The translations under genes and the position numbers were made by a program. Shown here piece by piece: positions 29,210 to 42,100 of a stretch of 64,000 bases of DNA. The notes below the pieces were generated by a model, which made no database searches, was not told the DNA's origin, and was given only the letters and a program-made list of their open reading frames with translations. Numbering within the stretch: position 1 is the first letter of the stretch; every line of letters begins with the position of its first letter. Source of the DNA: Nymphaea colorata (Eukaryota). The stretch lies in NCBI RefSeq assembly GCF_008831285.2, contig NC_045138.2:39184001-39248000 (forward strand). Direction: 5' to 3'.

Positions 29210-32200
29210 GGTGTCACTTTAACTTGCAAAAACAAACTTGGGATAAACAATTGTCTCTTATGAGAAACTCTGTACCGATAGATTTCAATACCATTTTAAG
29301 TTTCCTTCGCATTTTTATTTTAATATCATGCGAGTAGTTGGCTTAACAACCGCCAACTCCCGTATCATGTTTTTATCAATCAACAAATAATGTCATTTTT
29401 GTTACTATCAATTTCTTAAGCATCACAAAATCTTTGTATACTTCAAATCAAGGTTGATATTGATAAAGTTGACCAATTAAGTCACATCTATTCATTTAAC
29501 TTTGATCCATACATACAACTTCAAGCATTGTGATTTTAGCAGACATATGCATAAGCTTCCAGGTAAAGGTTGTACTCGATCATCGAAGCGACGTAATTTT
29601 ACGCATTTAAGCGTATACAGCGATGTTGTTTCCTGTCATTCTCGTTACAAAATCAAAACCAGGTGTACGTTGATTGACAATTTCTTAACCATCAAGTTCG
29701 GCTCTTTTATGGATGGTAGGGTGAAATACTCTTCCTGCTCATCCCAGAAAGCACTCAACTTTCCAAGAAATTGAATTCTTAACTACTGATATTTCCGTTT
29801 CTTGGGATCTTCTCGTGAATGCGGGAAGAGAAAGAGCCATTAAAGAATGTCAAAGCTGGAAAGTTCTTGGTAACTTAGAAAAAGCAAGCCAGCACGGCTA
29901 TGATCTGTGAGAGATCCCTTCTTGTTGGAGGCACATTAAATGGCACAGAAAGTGTGTTGATAATTAGTGCATCACCATGTTGGTGGAGCGAGTAGAGAGC
30001 AAGCATGTGAGCAAAAGCGACGTTCTCAGTTGAAATTTTACAGGTGGCTTGAATGTTGTTTTCTTCAGCCATTTTGACTCTGCATCCTGCGCCCTTGTGG
30101 TTGCTGTAATCTGGCTGGAACTTGAAAACATGATCTGCGGCCGCGTGTAAAGTGCTTAATCGTTTCCCTTTTTCCAAACAAGTCAAAGAAAAGCCGGGAG
30201 ATGATCCACTTTCTGGAGCAGCGGCAAAACCCCTTGAGTGTACTTTGTTAGATTCACGTTCTCTAATGAACCATTAGACAGTGGAACTTTTTGTGAATGT
30301 TTCATGAGTCTACTAAAGATTGAAACAGATTCATAAAACACTAGAACTAGGTGTTTATAAATATGATACAATCTTTAAGATAGATTCATGGAGTAATTAT
30401 TTACCAAACGACTTATATAAAGGCGTGTTTGCTCACCCCAAAATCTATTGTTCACCAAGAATCCAAATTCAGATTGGTAGCTTTCCAACACTTAATTGCA
30501 AGAAATGGAGGCATGTTCGTGGTCAAACACTAGATCATGTGTTCAAACCGAGCACTTGTCCTATAGTGGGTGTTTGAGACGACCATGTGAAATTTGGATT
30601 TTGCGTTCTCATCGTTAGCTTACTCCATCATATTCAACAGTCATTTCATGATTATATATTTTTGATTTTATGTTTTCATGGTTAGCTGGAGAGTTTCAAG
30701 CATAAGAGACCCATCATAATCAACGTCATTAATTGTCATCATTAAGCTTTATCTCAACCACATAAGTCGATTTGCTGCCAACTATGCAATGTCATCTTAA
30801 TAATGAGATTTAGAATGATTTTGGGGATGGTAGGACCAATAAACAAGTTGAAGGAGTCAAGCTTGTTACAAGCACAAACTTTGGTGTTCTATGTGGAGCT
30901 AACTGCGACTCATACGCGTGCGGATGTGAACGGTTTTCATAAGAATAAATTAGGGTTTTACATCAAAGGCGGTTTCTTCTAAATAAACATTTAAAAAAAT
31001 TAGATCCAAATTTAGTTTAATACAACCTCAAAAAAAAAAAAAACCTCAAGACCATGATTAAGACCATTTGTCTATGTCACTAAGCTAACAGAAGACAGTG
31101 GAAATCTGTAAGACACTGTAAATGAGCTAAGCCAATAGTAGTTCCATGTATCATTTTATAAAATGGGCTCACTATGCAATTAAATACACAGATTGTGCCT
31201 GCTGCATACATAAATTCAGCTAGTGGGAGACATCAGAAAAAAGTTTCCCTCGGTCCTTGGAATGTAACATGATAATGTCGTTGGCATTTATGCTGATGGA
31301 TGACTAGAACTAATCACCAGCTTTCCTGGAAGGAGGAGAGTTCAATAATATGGCAAAGGGGGGAAGAGAGGGGGAGGAGGATCAGGACACTGTGCAACAT
31401 AAGGAGAGAAGTGAGCCACTTGTCTCACTTGATTGCCGCCTCTTGTCCATGTACGTGGCGCGATCCGCTCCCCTCGGTCGTCGTGCGGCCCTGATCCATG
31501 AATGTTCGCGCACGCCACGTGTCCGCTTTGAAGCAGGCTTGCATCAAGGATAAAAAAAAATTGGCTCTATCCACAATTGTGACAGGGCCTCAAAACAAGG
31601 AGACAGCAAGAATGAAATATTCATGAGAAGAATTGAAACACATTAATCTTTTATCCCACTCTTTGTTCAGAAGGCATCAGCAGAAGAAATAAGTTGAAAT
31701 ACTTAGCAACTTAAATCTGTGAAGTAACAAAACAAACACATTTTCGACTGGCATTCTTGGCTTAACAAAGGCTAAGGGTATGACAAGAGACAAAATATTT
31801 CTCATCCAGGAGCACGCGAACTTTCTTGCTTCACAAAATAACGTATATTTTCAAAGAAAGCCTTCAAAATATCACCAAATATTTGTCGCTATGGTACTTG
31901 TACAAGACAGGGACTGCAAGTCCTTGTTGTCTTGTGTTTGGATAAGATTAGAGGTCCCCATGTCATTTCTAGAGGAATATTAAAGACTGGTAATGCCCTC
32001 ATTTTCATGAAAGAATCCGTGCTTAAAGATGGACGATAGAGCGACAGCTATAAGATATTGACATCAATTAAATGCTGGATTGGAGCCGTGCAATATCTAT
32101 TAGATAGCAATACACTGGTTCCTTCCGTTGCAGAGAAGGGAAAAATAGGGCCACGAGGACATGAGACAAAATAATATCTGTTACATTCTTAGGTTCAGGA

Positions 32201-34136
32201 CCCCTAGTTCTCTATTTGAACGAGGTGCCAAGGCACCTCAGTCTAGGGCTGCATCAGCTTGCACAAGGGTTTGACACCTACTGCAGAGACCCCTAGACTT
32301 TTCGCGCCCACCAGTTGCGCATCCAACCAGCTATGCCAAACCCCTCCCTTGAATCTCCAGAAGCCCCTAGTTTGATCTAAAGGCCCGTCTTTGCGTTCTA
32401 TAATAGTGGGACAATGTTGAGGTGGTTTGACTCACGTAGGAGAACACCTTGTTCAGTACAAGGCCGTTCCCGCTCTTATGCACCCCCGACTTTCAATTCT
32501 CATAGCTGCCATTTTTCAAATTTGGACAATACAATTGAAGCACATGCCATGTGAATAAGGCAGAAAATCTAGTGCATGCTAAAATAGGCCCAAGAGTCTT
32601 GTTCCTGTAATCCAATAATGAATTTAGTTTTTTGTGGGTATTTTCTTTAAATGAAGTGGATATTCATCATTGGAAGAAGTAAAATCTAGAGAAGGGTAAG
32701 CATGGTGCTGTGTGGTTTTGTATAGAGAGGGCTTGCTAAAGTAGTGGTGGAGTATTGACACCATCTAACTTCTTCTTTGTTTTTCTTCTATTTCCTTCAC
32801 TGCTATGAAACCATGAACTTCTGGTTTGGGCAGGCATTACAATACCTCAACTCATGACTCACGCGTGTGGTCATGTTTTTAACTAATTATTTCATTAGCT
32901 TTCTATATATATGTATCAAAACAAATGATAAGGCGCATATATTTTGGTCACAAACTCACATACATGTATGCCCATCCTCCGCACACACATACACATATAT
33001 ATGTATATATATATAAGACCCGAACTCATAGTCATACCTATGTGATTTAGATGCCAGAAAGACTGCCAGTGTGCTTCCTCATTGCCTGATCTGCAACGTG
33101 TGCACCTAGAGCACAAGCACTCTTGTCGCCGTGTCTTGTTTGAATTTTGGTTGCTGCTTAGATATCTCATGCTGGATTCCCATTGTGTTTGATCGCCTCG
33201 GATGTAAGATCCCAGGTGATCTGTAATCTGCATGACTGGATCACAAATCTGTGGATCTTTCGTCCAAAACACTTGGGTCGGGCCACAAATCCCTGGCTTT
33301 TTAGTCATCTTTCAAGCTATCAAAATTCTACAGTAATGGGTTTTTAGTGGTTCCTTGTCGACTTCTCAATGGTCAGGGCCTTAGGCCCCATATCGTTCAT
33401 GGCATGGAACGTCTGGTTGTAAATGAGATCAGATCTGGCAATGCCGCCGGTCTGGTTGATCTCCGCCGGTCTGGTTGATCTCGATATCAGATCCTGCGCC
33501 AGGCCGGCCTCGCTTGATGGCCTGGCCATAAAGCCCAACTCAAGCATTAGGTAATCGGGCTAGGCCGGAACCAAGCTTTTCCGAATATCTCGCCGGATTC
33601 TTCGCCGGCCACCTGCTTGACCGGTCCAACTAAATTGAAGTGCATTAAGCTAGACCTTTTAAATAGAAAAGAAAATTAGAGTGTGACCTCTCTCAATCTT
33701 GAAAATGTAACTTTTTTTAAGTCTCCCTCTCCTCATCTTTGTCTATTAAATCATATTCAATAAGAAGACAGAAATGAATAAAAAAGTCAGGAATGTTATA
33801 TTCCTGAAAAATATGTCCTTGTCCTGGATCCTGCAAAAATATGTTAAAGACTCCCGCTGTGTTTGGCAGCTTAATTTCCTGGATCCTGCTTCCATCCGCA
33901 GCAAGAGCCAAGAAGACTCTGTACTTTAACATTTAACAAGAAGGAGATTTATCGCATTGAATTTAAAGGCAATGGTTACAAACTTAAAATTGGTCGATTA
34001 AGGGACCAACAATATTGTCTCGGCTTTTAGCATATGCCAAAGTGATTTTATCTGACAGTTTCCAGAAAGAGTCAGATCTGTGTAACTTCAAAATTCCGAA
34101 ACATAATTCTTGCTTATTGGTCATACATAATGTTAA

Positions 34137-34425
34137 GGTTACATGCAAGCCGAGTCGAGGTCAGCTCGAGCTCAACCCGAGTCGCGGCTTCAGCTCGACT
34201 TGTTTGAGCTTGTTTATCAACTCTCTATTTGATCTGTTTGAATTTTGAAAATTATAGAAAAAAAAAATCTAGATTAAGTGAACTTGCTTGAGTTTAATTG
34301 AGTGGAGTTCATATAACTCAAACTCGACTCATTTATAAGCTGGAATTCATATAACAAAGGAGTCGAGGTTGAGTCAGGCTTAACGGAGCGAGTTTGAGTC
34401 GAGCTTAAGTAGGCTACAGCACTAC
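34137..34425. mobile_element. Degenerate non-autonomous DNA-transposon-like repeat rich in GAGTCGAG/GAGCTCGAG subrepeats
   Basis: Repeated cgagtcgag/ctcgagctc motifs in both orientations. Similar decayed tracts occur at ~628-760 and ~55720-55775. Confidence 0.45.
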
Positions 34426-36089
34426 ATAATATGAACGGTTTGGACAGGTCGGATCTACTGGCTACAGCTGTTACAGATAATCAGGTCGGATCCTTGTAGG
34501 TTACTGTACTTGGACTTGGATTCAGACATGTGAACCGAGTTTGGGATCTGAGTTCAATTGCAATTCAGATGTCCAACTAAACAGAAACAATTATGGGTCG
34601 ACAATTGAATCTTATCGACTTATTTGGATCCCTAAAAGTAGGTGGGAAAGCATGCCATGTGCAGAAAAGTGAGCTCCGGCAGATGTTGGAATCAAAACCC
34701 CGGGAACGTACTTGAGATCCCAATCCTCCAACTTTCACCTTGAATTTTCACCTATAAGGGCGTGTTTGGCGAGAGGGGTGGAGAATGTCCGAGGTGACGT
34801 TCACCATGCCAAGACACGAGATAAGATATCCCAGATTTCCCGGGAGTGAAAGAGTTCAAGGGTCTGAAATTGGAGATGTCTAAGTATAGATGGCATGAGG
34901 CACGACAGATAAAAACAGATTAACTTCCTCAACCACCAATTTCTTCCAGCTCCCTCTCCCTCTCCCTCTCCCTCTCTCTCTTGAGGAGTGTTTGATTACT
35001 TGCAACTAAAGAACATGGTATGAGATTTTACCATTCTAATATTCTAAATTCATGATTTTTAGCAATGAGTTAGGTGTTGGATGGATCATTTGTATGAAAG
35101 ATGAGAGATTCAAATTTATATGGTCAAAAATTAAGAATTTATTACTCAATCAATAGTGAGGGTTTATGTAAAACCCGCACCTCTTTAGAATGTAGTGTTT
35201 TTTATTTTACTCTCCATATCAACCATGCCAACAGAGTTGTTGTTATATCTCAAAGTGGGTTGATTCAACGGGATCGTATAAGGGCTGGTAGCTGATCAGT
35301 CTCTACTTCGATTTCTTGAATACCAAATCTCTGTCTCACAAACGAGAGTTGGCCGATGCGCGAAAAAATGAATTCATACTTGCTAAACAGTTTAAGCGGC
35401 CAATTCTGAAACTAAGCTCAAGGGTTGACAAAGATCATACCCAATTACATGAAGGAGTGGATCTTATAACTGTTAGATTCGAATTTGACTTGGAAATCTT
35501 AAAACCCTAGTCTGGAGAGAGATCCATTAGGTAGGATACGGTAAACAGTGGATGCGAATCTCGGACCATAGATCTCTCTATTAAGGACGCACTTATCAAT
35601 TGGACTTGGACTCATCTACTAAACTCAAAAAACAGTGCCACCAGACTTTGTCTCAATCGGCTGATTCGAATCCAATTGGTGCCGATTGCATGACAAATTC
35701 AAGATTGACATGTGTGGAGTTTAACTAATCTTTAGTATACTTTAAAATTTTTTATTTGAAATGATTTGTATATTTTTACTATTTATTAAACATTATTCAT
35801 AACACTGGACTCGAGCAAGCACATTTAAGATACGTATGAGAAGTATTTTCTGAGAAGGGCTCGGCTCCTTGAGGCAGGCAGGAATAAGCTTTGGTGGGCA
35901 GAGCCGAGTAGATGCTGAACTAAATTGAGTCGAAACGGGAGCTAGGACTTGAGTGGGAGCCGAGTCTTGCGCCCTGCCTTTGAGTGAGGCAGAGCCTGCT
36001 GCAGCAGCAGCGACTTTGTACGAAGAAGGCAAAGGGCAAGAAGGCCTTCGTCCATCTTCCTTCCATGCATCCGCGTCGTCCGTTACGTT

Positions 36090-36110
36090 AAACCCTACTA
36101 AAGCCCTAAC
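36090..36110 (+). promoter_or_regulatory. Telo-box (AAACCCTA) at the helicase transcription start region
   Basis: AAACCCTA at 36090-36097 plus AAAGCCCTAA just after, about 100 bp before the ATG. Telo-boxes are typical of plant ribosome-biogenesis and translation genes. Confidence 0.55.
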
Positions 36111-36194
36111 CACCTTACCCTCCCATCCTCTCTCTCTCTCGCCCCCTTATCCGCCATTTCTTCCGTCGAGAGTGGTCGGCTTTCGGCCGGAAGG

Positions 36195-39100
36195 ATGCCG
36201 GGACAGCTTCTGCATCTCCGCCTCCTCAACTCCGCCGCTCCTGTTGGGATTCTCTCTGGTGCGCGTCGCGCTGCGTTCATGGGCTCTCGCTCCTCCAGCG
36301 CCGCCGCTGGCGCCTCCATTTTCGCCAGGCTCTTCCCCCTTCGCTTGAAATTATCGGCTATGTCCGCTAGGAGAGGCGGTGCGTCTGCATTGCCGACGGT
36401 GGTCTCCGGCTTCCGGCAGTTTTCTAGCGTGTCCCGAGCCAGAGGCGGTCGGAGTGCATCGTTTAGGAGGGACAGTCCTGGAAGAGGGAGAGAGCTCCGT
36501 CTAGGTGGTGTTGGGGGAAAGGTTCAGCAGAGCAAGAGCTTGATCGATGACGAAGCGGAGCTCAGCGACTGGATATCTGACCTGAGGACGGACAGATTCC
36601 CGAGACTTAGTGATGAAGACTCCGATGATGGAGGCGGGGCTTACTCAGGCAGGAGGAGGAGAGGGGAAGATCCTCCGGCAGCGAAAAAGAGGAAAGAAAA
36701 CGAATTAGGCAGGAGGAAGACCAGGGGTTCGGGTCTCGGCCTCGACAATGTGGACTGGGAGGGCGAAGCGGCAGGCCTCCGAGGAGGAAGAACTGCCGGG
36801 AGAAAGCAGCTGGGAAGCGACTTGAACGTGGGAATGGAGGATTTTCGTGGGAAGAAGCATGGTAGTTATAACTACGGGGGCGGGAGGGAAGGTGGATTAT
36901 TAGGGAAGAGGAAGGTGGAGTATGGGAAGCGCGCGGCGCAAATTTTTGATGACGACGATGAGGATGAGGAAATTGTGGATTTTAGTAGGAAGAAGCGTGG
37001 TGGTCTTGGTTATAACAGGGACGGGCGGGAAGGTGGAGTTTCAGGGAAGAGCAAAATGGAGTATGGGAAGCGCGCGGCGCAAATTTTTGATGACGACGAT
37101 GAGGATGAGGAAATTGTGGATTTTAGTAGGAAGAAGCGTGGTGGTCTTGGTTATAACAGGGACGGGCGGGAAGGTGGAGTTTCAGGGAAGAGCAAAATGG
37201 AGTACGGGAAACGAGCGGCGCAAATTGTTGATGACGATGATGACGATGAGGAGGATGGTGATGATGAGTCTGGATTTGAGAGCGAATCTTTTAGTGGAGA
37301 AGATAACGAAGCTGGTTTTGATGATGCTCTGTCGGAGGACAAAGTTAATAGGAAAAAATCAAGGGACGATGTTGATGTTGTCGTGCCAAAAATATCATCA
37401 GGAGAAACGGATTCATACTTGAGTCAGTCTAGGTACACTGTGCTTCCTTCTTCTCGATAGTTTTAAACTTTCCCGAATCGATTTTTTTTCCCCATTTTTA
37501 CTGAATATAGTTAGCGCTGCTGTTCATCTCAAGATATGATGGAAGACCCTCACTGTAGACGACTTCTCTTAATCTATTAGGCACGACATACTCTTTCCTT
37601 TCCTCTTATCGCTATTGCTAGGTTTACTTTTGGAAAGACCCTTCCATTTCATAACTTGCTTGAATAGTAAGGACATTCTGGTGTGTCCGGTTTACCTAGC
37701 AAAATAGCATTAAATGGGAAATCACATTGTTAGGAGGACGACTCAAATTTGGGTCACCTGATTTGGTGATATGTATAACTTCACATTATGGGGCTTTTTA
37801 ATGGTAACCATGACTGGATTATAAATTCTCAGACACTATTTGTACTAAGATGTCTGTGGTCAGTAATCGTCTCTTAAAAGCCAAAGTTGTATCAATTTCA
37901 TCTTGTTTGGTTTCTGTTGGTTTTTTGCCTGCATCCAGCATACTGAATAGGATGATGATCGCACAGTGATTTTGGTCTTGGTTTGGTTAAACAACCATAG
38001 CTGCAGTTAGAGATGAACTGTGTAAATCCTTTTCCATTTAGTTAACAGTTTCTAGTTAGGTACTTTGTAGCTACTGCATCTGTGTAGGACTAATCTGTTT
38101 TTTTTCCTTCCTAAACTGTACTTTCTTTCTTCTACTGTAACATTTTGATGAGGGTGTCCATATAGAATCTACGCTATAGTGGAAATGTATACGCCTGGAG
38201 AAACATGTAGTCACATTCTCAGCGGAACTGTCCCTTGAGGCTTTGACTTCTTCTACCTTTGTAACCCAAACTTGTGAAAGTTAGTGAATGTGTTCATTTT
38301 GTGCAAAACTTTCGGGCCTTCATCCATTCTTTATTTATATCTTCTACGTGCCTCTTAATGACACATGAACAGATTAGTTGCATACCATTTCTGACAACTT
38401 CCACATGATCCGCAGGTTTGAAGACACTGCTATTTCTCCTCTCTCACTTAAAGGAGTAAAAACTGCTGGTTATGACAAAATGACGGTTGTACAAGAAGCA
38501 ACTTTGCCAATCATTCTCAAAGGTAGGAATCTTTGGGTTTCAATACCCGTTAGATGGCCGACGATGCCAAGAAATAGTTTGTGCCTGTGCCCTCTAGGAT
38601 TATTAATCTTTCATTTATTTTAGTTAGTATGCTCTCCACATGCTTAAGGAATTATATTTGGTATAATGTACAACTATACAAAGGTTACCAAAATTGGAAA
38701 TTGTAGAAAAATTGCTTACTCCTGAATATTTTGGAGCAACTTCATTCAGTGTAATTGCTAAAGCTACTTCCATTAATGCATTCTTTACGATGCTTTTGGT
38801 GGTAAGGAAATGCAAAAAAGACTAAGCTTTTGACCACTATCTTATACATCATATTGGAGCTGCTTCCATGTCTTCTACATAGCCGTTTATTTTGAAGTTT
38901 CAGCATTGGCTTTATATATTTGATTCTGCAAGCCTAATTTGGCAAGAGAATGGATCAGTTACGTATGGTTTCTGTACCATTGGATGAGATCTAGGATGTA
39001 AAAGGCATGCCAGGGCCAGGTCATCACCTAGGTCCAGGAAGTGTAGGTATAACAACCCGACTCACTCCCGGGCTCGGCCCCCTGGTTCGACGGATCCCAA

Positions 39101-42100
39101 CCCGCCTCCTAGCAGTTTTGGCTTCAGCCTAAAAAAAGGTTAGGAACCAGGACAATTATCTCATTAATAGCCTCTCTTTATAAGCTCTTGAAGATCTTTC
39201 ACAATCTTCGATACGAGACTAAACTTCTGGGGTGTTACAATCCACCCCCCTTAAGGCACACGCGTCCGTGCGTGTGGGACCCCGAGTCTGAGTGTTGAAC
39301 CGGCTCTGATACCACTATAACAACCCGACCCACTCCTAGGCTCGAGCCCCTGGTTCGGCGGATCCCAACCCGCCCTCTAGCAGTTTCGGCTTTAACCTCA
39401 AAAAAAAGCTAGGAACCAGGACAATTATCTCATTAATAGCCTTCCTTTAGAAGCCCTTGAAGATCTCTCACAATTTTCGATACGGGACTAAACTTCTGGG
39501 GTGTTTCAGTAGGTGGTGGAATATGTTTCCAATCCTTAGCCTGTTCTTTGGGCTAGGCCTGCAAGGCGGTCCTAGAGACATGAACTCAAACTTTTTTAGT
39601 CTTTTTAACAAAGCATGTGAAAAACAAGTCGATAACCTGTTTAAGAAAACAGAAGCTATAACTGTTAAGTTGTATAAAAGTCACATTTGCAAAACACAGT
39701 ATGATGTTGATGGGAAAAAATCAAACAAAGAAACATGCTGTGCACCTACTGGCATGAGAGACGAGGAAAAAGAGATGAGGAAGAAGAAGAAAATGTGGGA
39801 AAACAGCAGAGCTATGCAGTCACTTTTTCACCCTCTTTCTTTTTGTTTCTTCTTCTTCCTCTTTTCATTCTCCTACCATCTTCTTCTTACTTTTTTTTTG
39901 TTTTGAAGTGACTGCCCCATGATCCCATCTTCTTTTTCTTCTTGTTCTTCCCTCCTACTCTCTTCCTTGTTTTTATCCTTCTTCTTCGTTTGTGTCTCCT
40001 CTTGCTACTGTTTATTATCCTTTTCCCTTGATTTTCTTTTTGTTTCTTTGTACCTCTTTTCCTTTTCTTCTTCTTCTTCTCTCTGTAGTTTCTACTCTTG
40101 TTGAAGAATTATCTTCCTTTGTACATAGGTAGGTTGAACTTTTTGGAGATTAGTATATTCTGTATGCTCTATGAACAAACCATATTGTGTACTGCAATAT
40201 AATTGTGTTATTTGTTATGAATTGATTGGTTGGTTGTTTTTCATTGAGAAATGCTTTATTTTTCTTGTTAAGTTTACATTTAGTACTGCATAGTGCATTC
40301 TACTAGCTTTTTCTTGATACCATTTAATGCACCTAGTCCAGCCTAGGTTCACCTAGGTTCTAAACTCAACCCATTGACAAGGCTGAACCTAGCATTTTAA
40401 TGACATAGACTGAGATATCTTGAGCTGGGTTGGTTGGTTGCCAATATTCAAAATAGTGCTTCAACTGCGCAAGTATAAAGGTATGTTCAGTAAAATGTCA
40501 GCTTTGGGTAATTGCTGCATATAGAGTTTAGCATGACAATTGTTATCAATCTGATTGTTATGCCAACTTGCCAAGTGTCAACATTGATGTCCAAATGACC
40601 ATCATAATCCATGGTCTAACTTGGCCTTTTCTAAAGTCTCTGAACTTTGGAGTTATAACATCGTATTTTTTTTCATCTAAATATTGTCTTAATGGGAAAC
40701 AATTGCAAGAAATATTCTATTTTCCTTTTAAAACATATAGTAGCAAATATGAACTTGTTTTTTTATTTTTGTCATTTAAACTGTGTGTCTGGCCCTTGTG
40801 ATACACATGTACTTTCTTTCACAGGCAAAATTGTCTCAGTAATATTTTGATGAAGTATCTTTCATTACACATTTTCTGGATATGTAGATTCTATGGGTTT
40901 GATGTCATTATAATCCCACCCATTTTTTTCTGGTTTAACTTTCCTTTCATTTGTAGAAATCTCCCAGTAAACTGATTTGCTGATTTTAATTTCTTTATGA
41001 AGTTGAGTATTTGTTTTTCAGCTTTGGGTGATTAGATGGTGTATCTCTGTTTTTCAGGCAAGGATGTGTTGGCCAAAGCAAAAACAGGAACTGGAAAGAC
41101 GGTTGCATTTTTGGTGTGTTACTATGCACGTTCCTTTGCTTTGCAGATTTTGAATTACTAAACATAGTCTGTCTTTTTCTCATGTGTTGTGTTTCCTCTG
41201 TTCATTTCAGCTTCCAGCAATAGAACTTGTCACCAAAGTACCTCCTGTTGGTCGTGATCAAAAGAGGCCCCCAATTAATGTACTCATAATATGCCCTACG
41301 CGAGAGCTTGCAAATCAGGCTGCTGCTGAGGCTAATAAATTGTTGAAATATCATCCTTCAATAGGTGTGCAAGTTGTCATAGGTGGCACAAGGTTGCCTC
41401 TAGAGCAAAAACGGATGCAAGCAAATCCTTGCCAGGTTTGTTGTAAATGCTTTTGATGGTTAGTAAAATTCATATCAGGTTTGAGATAAATTATTATTTT
41501 AATTTTTTTTCTAACGTTATGCAGATTCTTGTTGCCACACCTGGAAGGCTTAGAGACCACACAGAGAATACACCAGGGTTTGCAACACGGCTTCTCGGAG
41601 TAAAAATGCTTGTGCTTGATGAAGCTGATCATTTACTAGATATGGGATTTAGGAAGGACATTGAGAAGATTATTGATGCTGTTCCAAAACAGCGACAAAC
41701 ACTCTTATTTTCTGCCACTGTCCCGGATGAGGTCTCATTTACCACAATATCTTGTACGCTTCAAATATTACATCTGCAGTGTGTAACATGCAATTACAAT
41801 CGCAGGTGCGGCAAATTTGTCACATTGCTCTGAGAAGAGATCATGAGTTCATTAACACAGTCAAAGAGGGATCAGAGGAAACACATTCGCAGGTGTGTAT
41901 CTGAAGATACAAAATGATGAGGCATATGTTGCAAATTTGCAATTTTTATGCATATGGTGCAACTGTAATTTTTTTGCTAATTTTCTTTCTGTTAAATATT
42001 CAGGTCAAGCAGATGCATTTGATTGCTCCACTTGATAGACATTTTGCAATACTGTACAGCATCCTTAATGAGCATATTGCAGATGACCCTGATTATAAGG

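Noticed and set aside
29875..30186. 103-aa minus-strand ORF in the gene-free interval
   Set aside because: Non-ATG start, no recognisable motif or splice context; cannot be supported without a search.
36922..37422. 166-aa alternative-frame ORF with repeats in helicase exon 1
   Set aside because: By-product of the 141-bp repeat and GAT/GAC-rich acidic codons read out of frame; no independent evidence.
39048..39508. Cassandra (5S-containing) identity for the TRIM
   Set aside because: No recognisable 5S rRNA A/C-box segment (AGTTAAGC...AGTACTAGGATGGGTGACC) in the LTRs.
39457..40104. 149-aa and 61-aa ORFs in helicase intron 2
   Set aside because: Made of TRIM end plus purine/pyrimidine low-complexity tracts; no protein-like signal.
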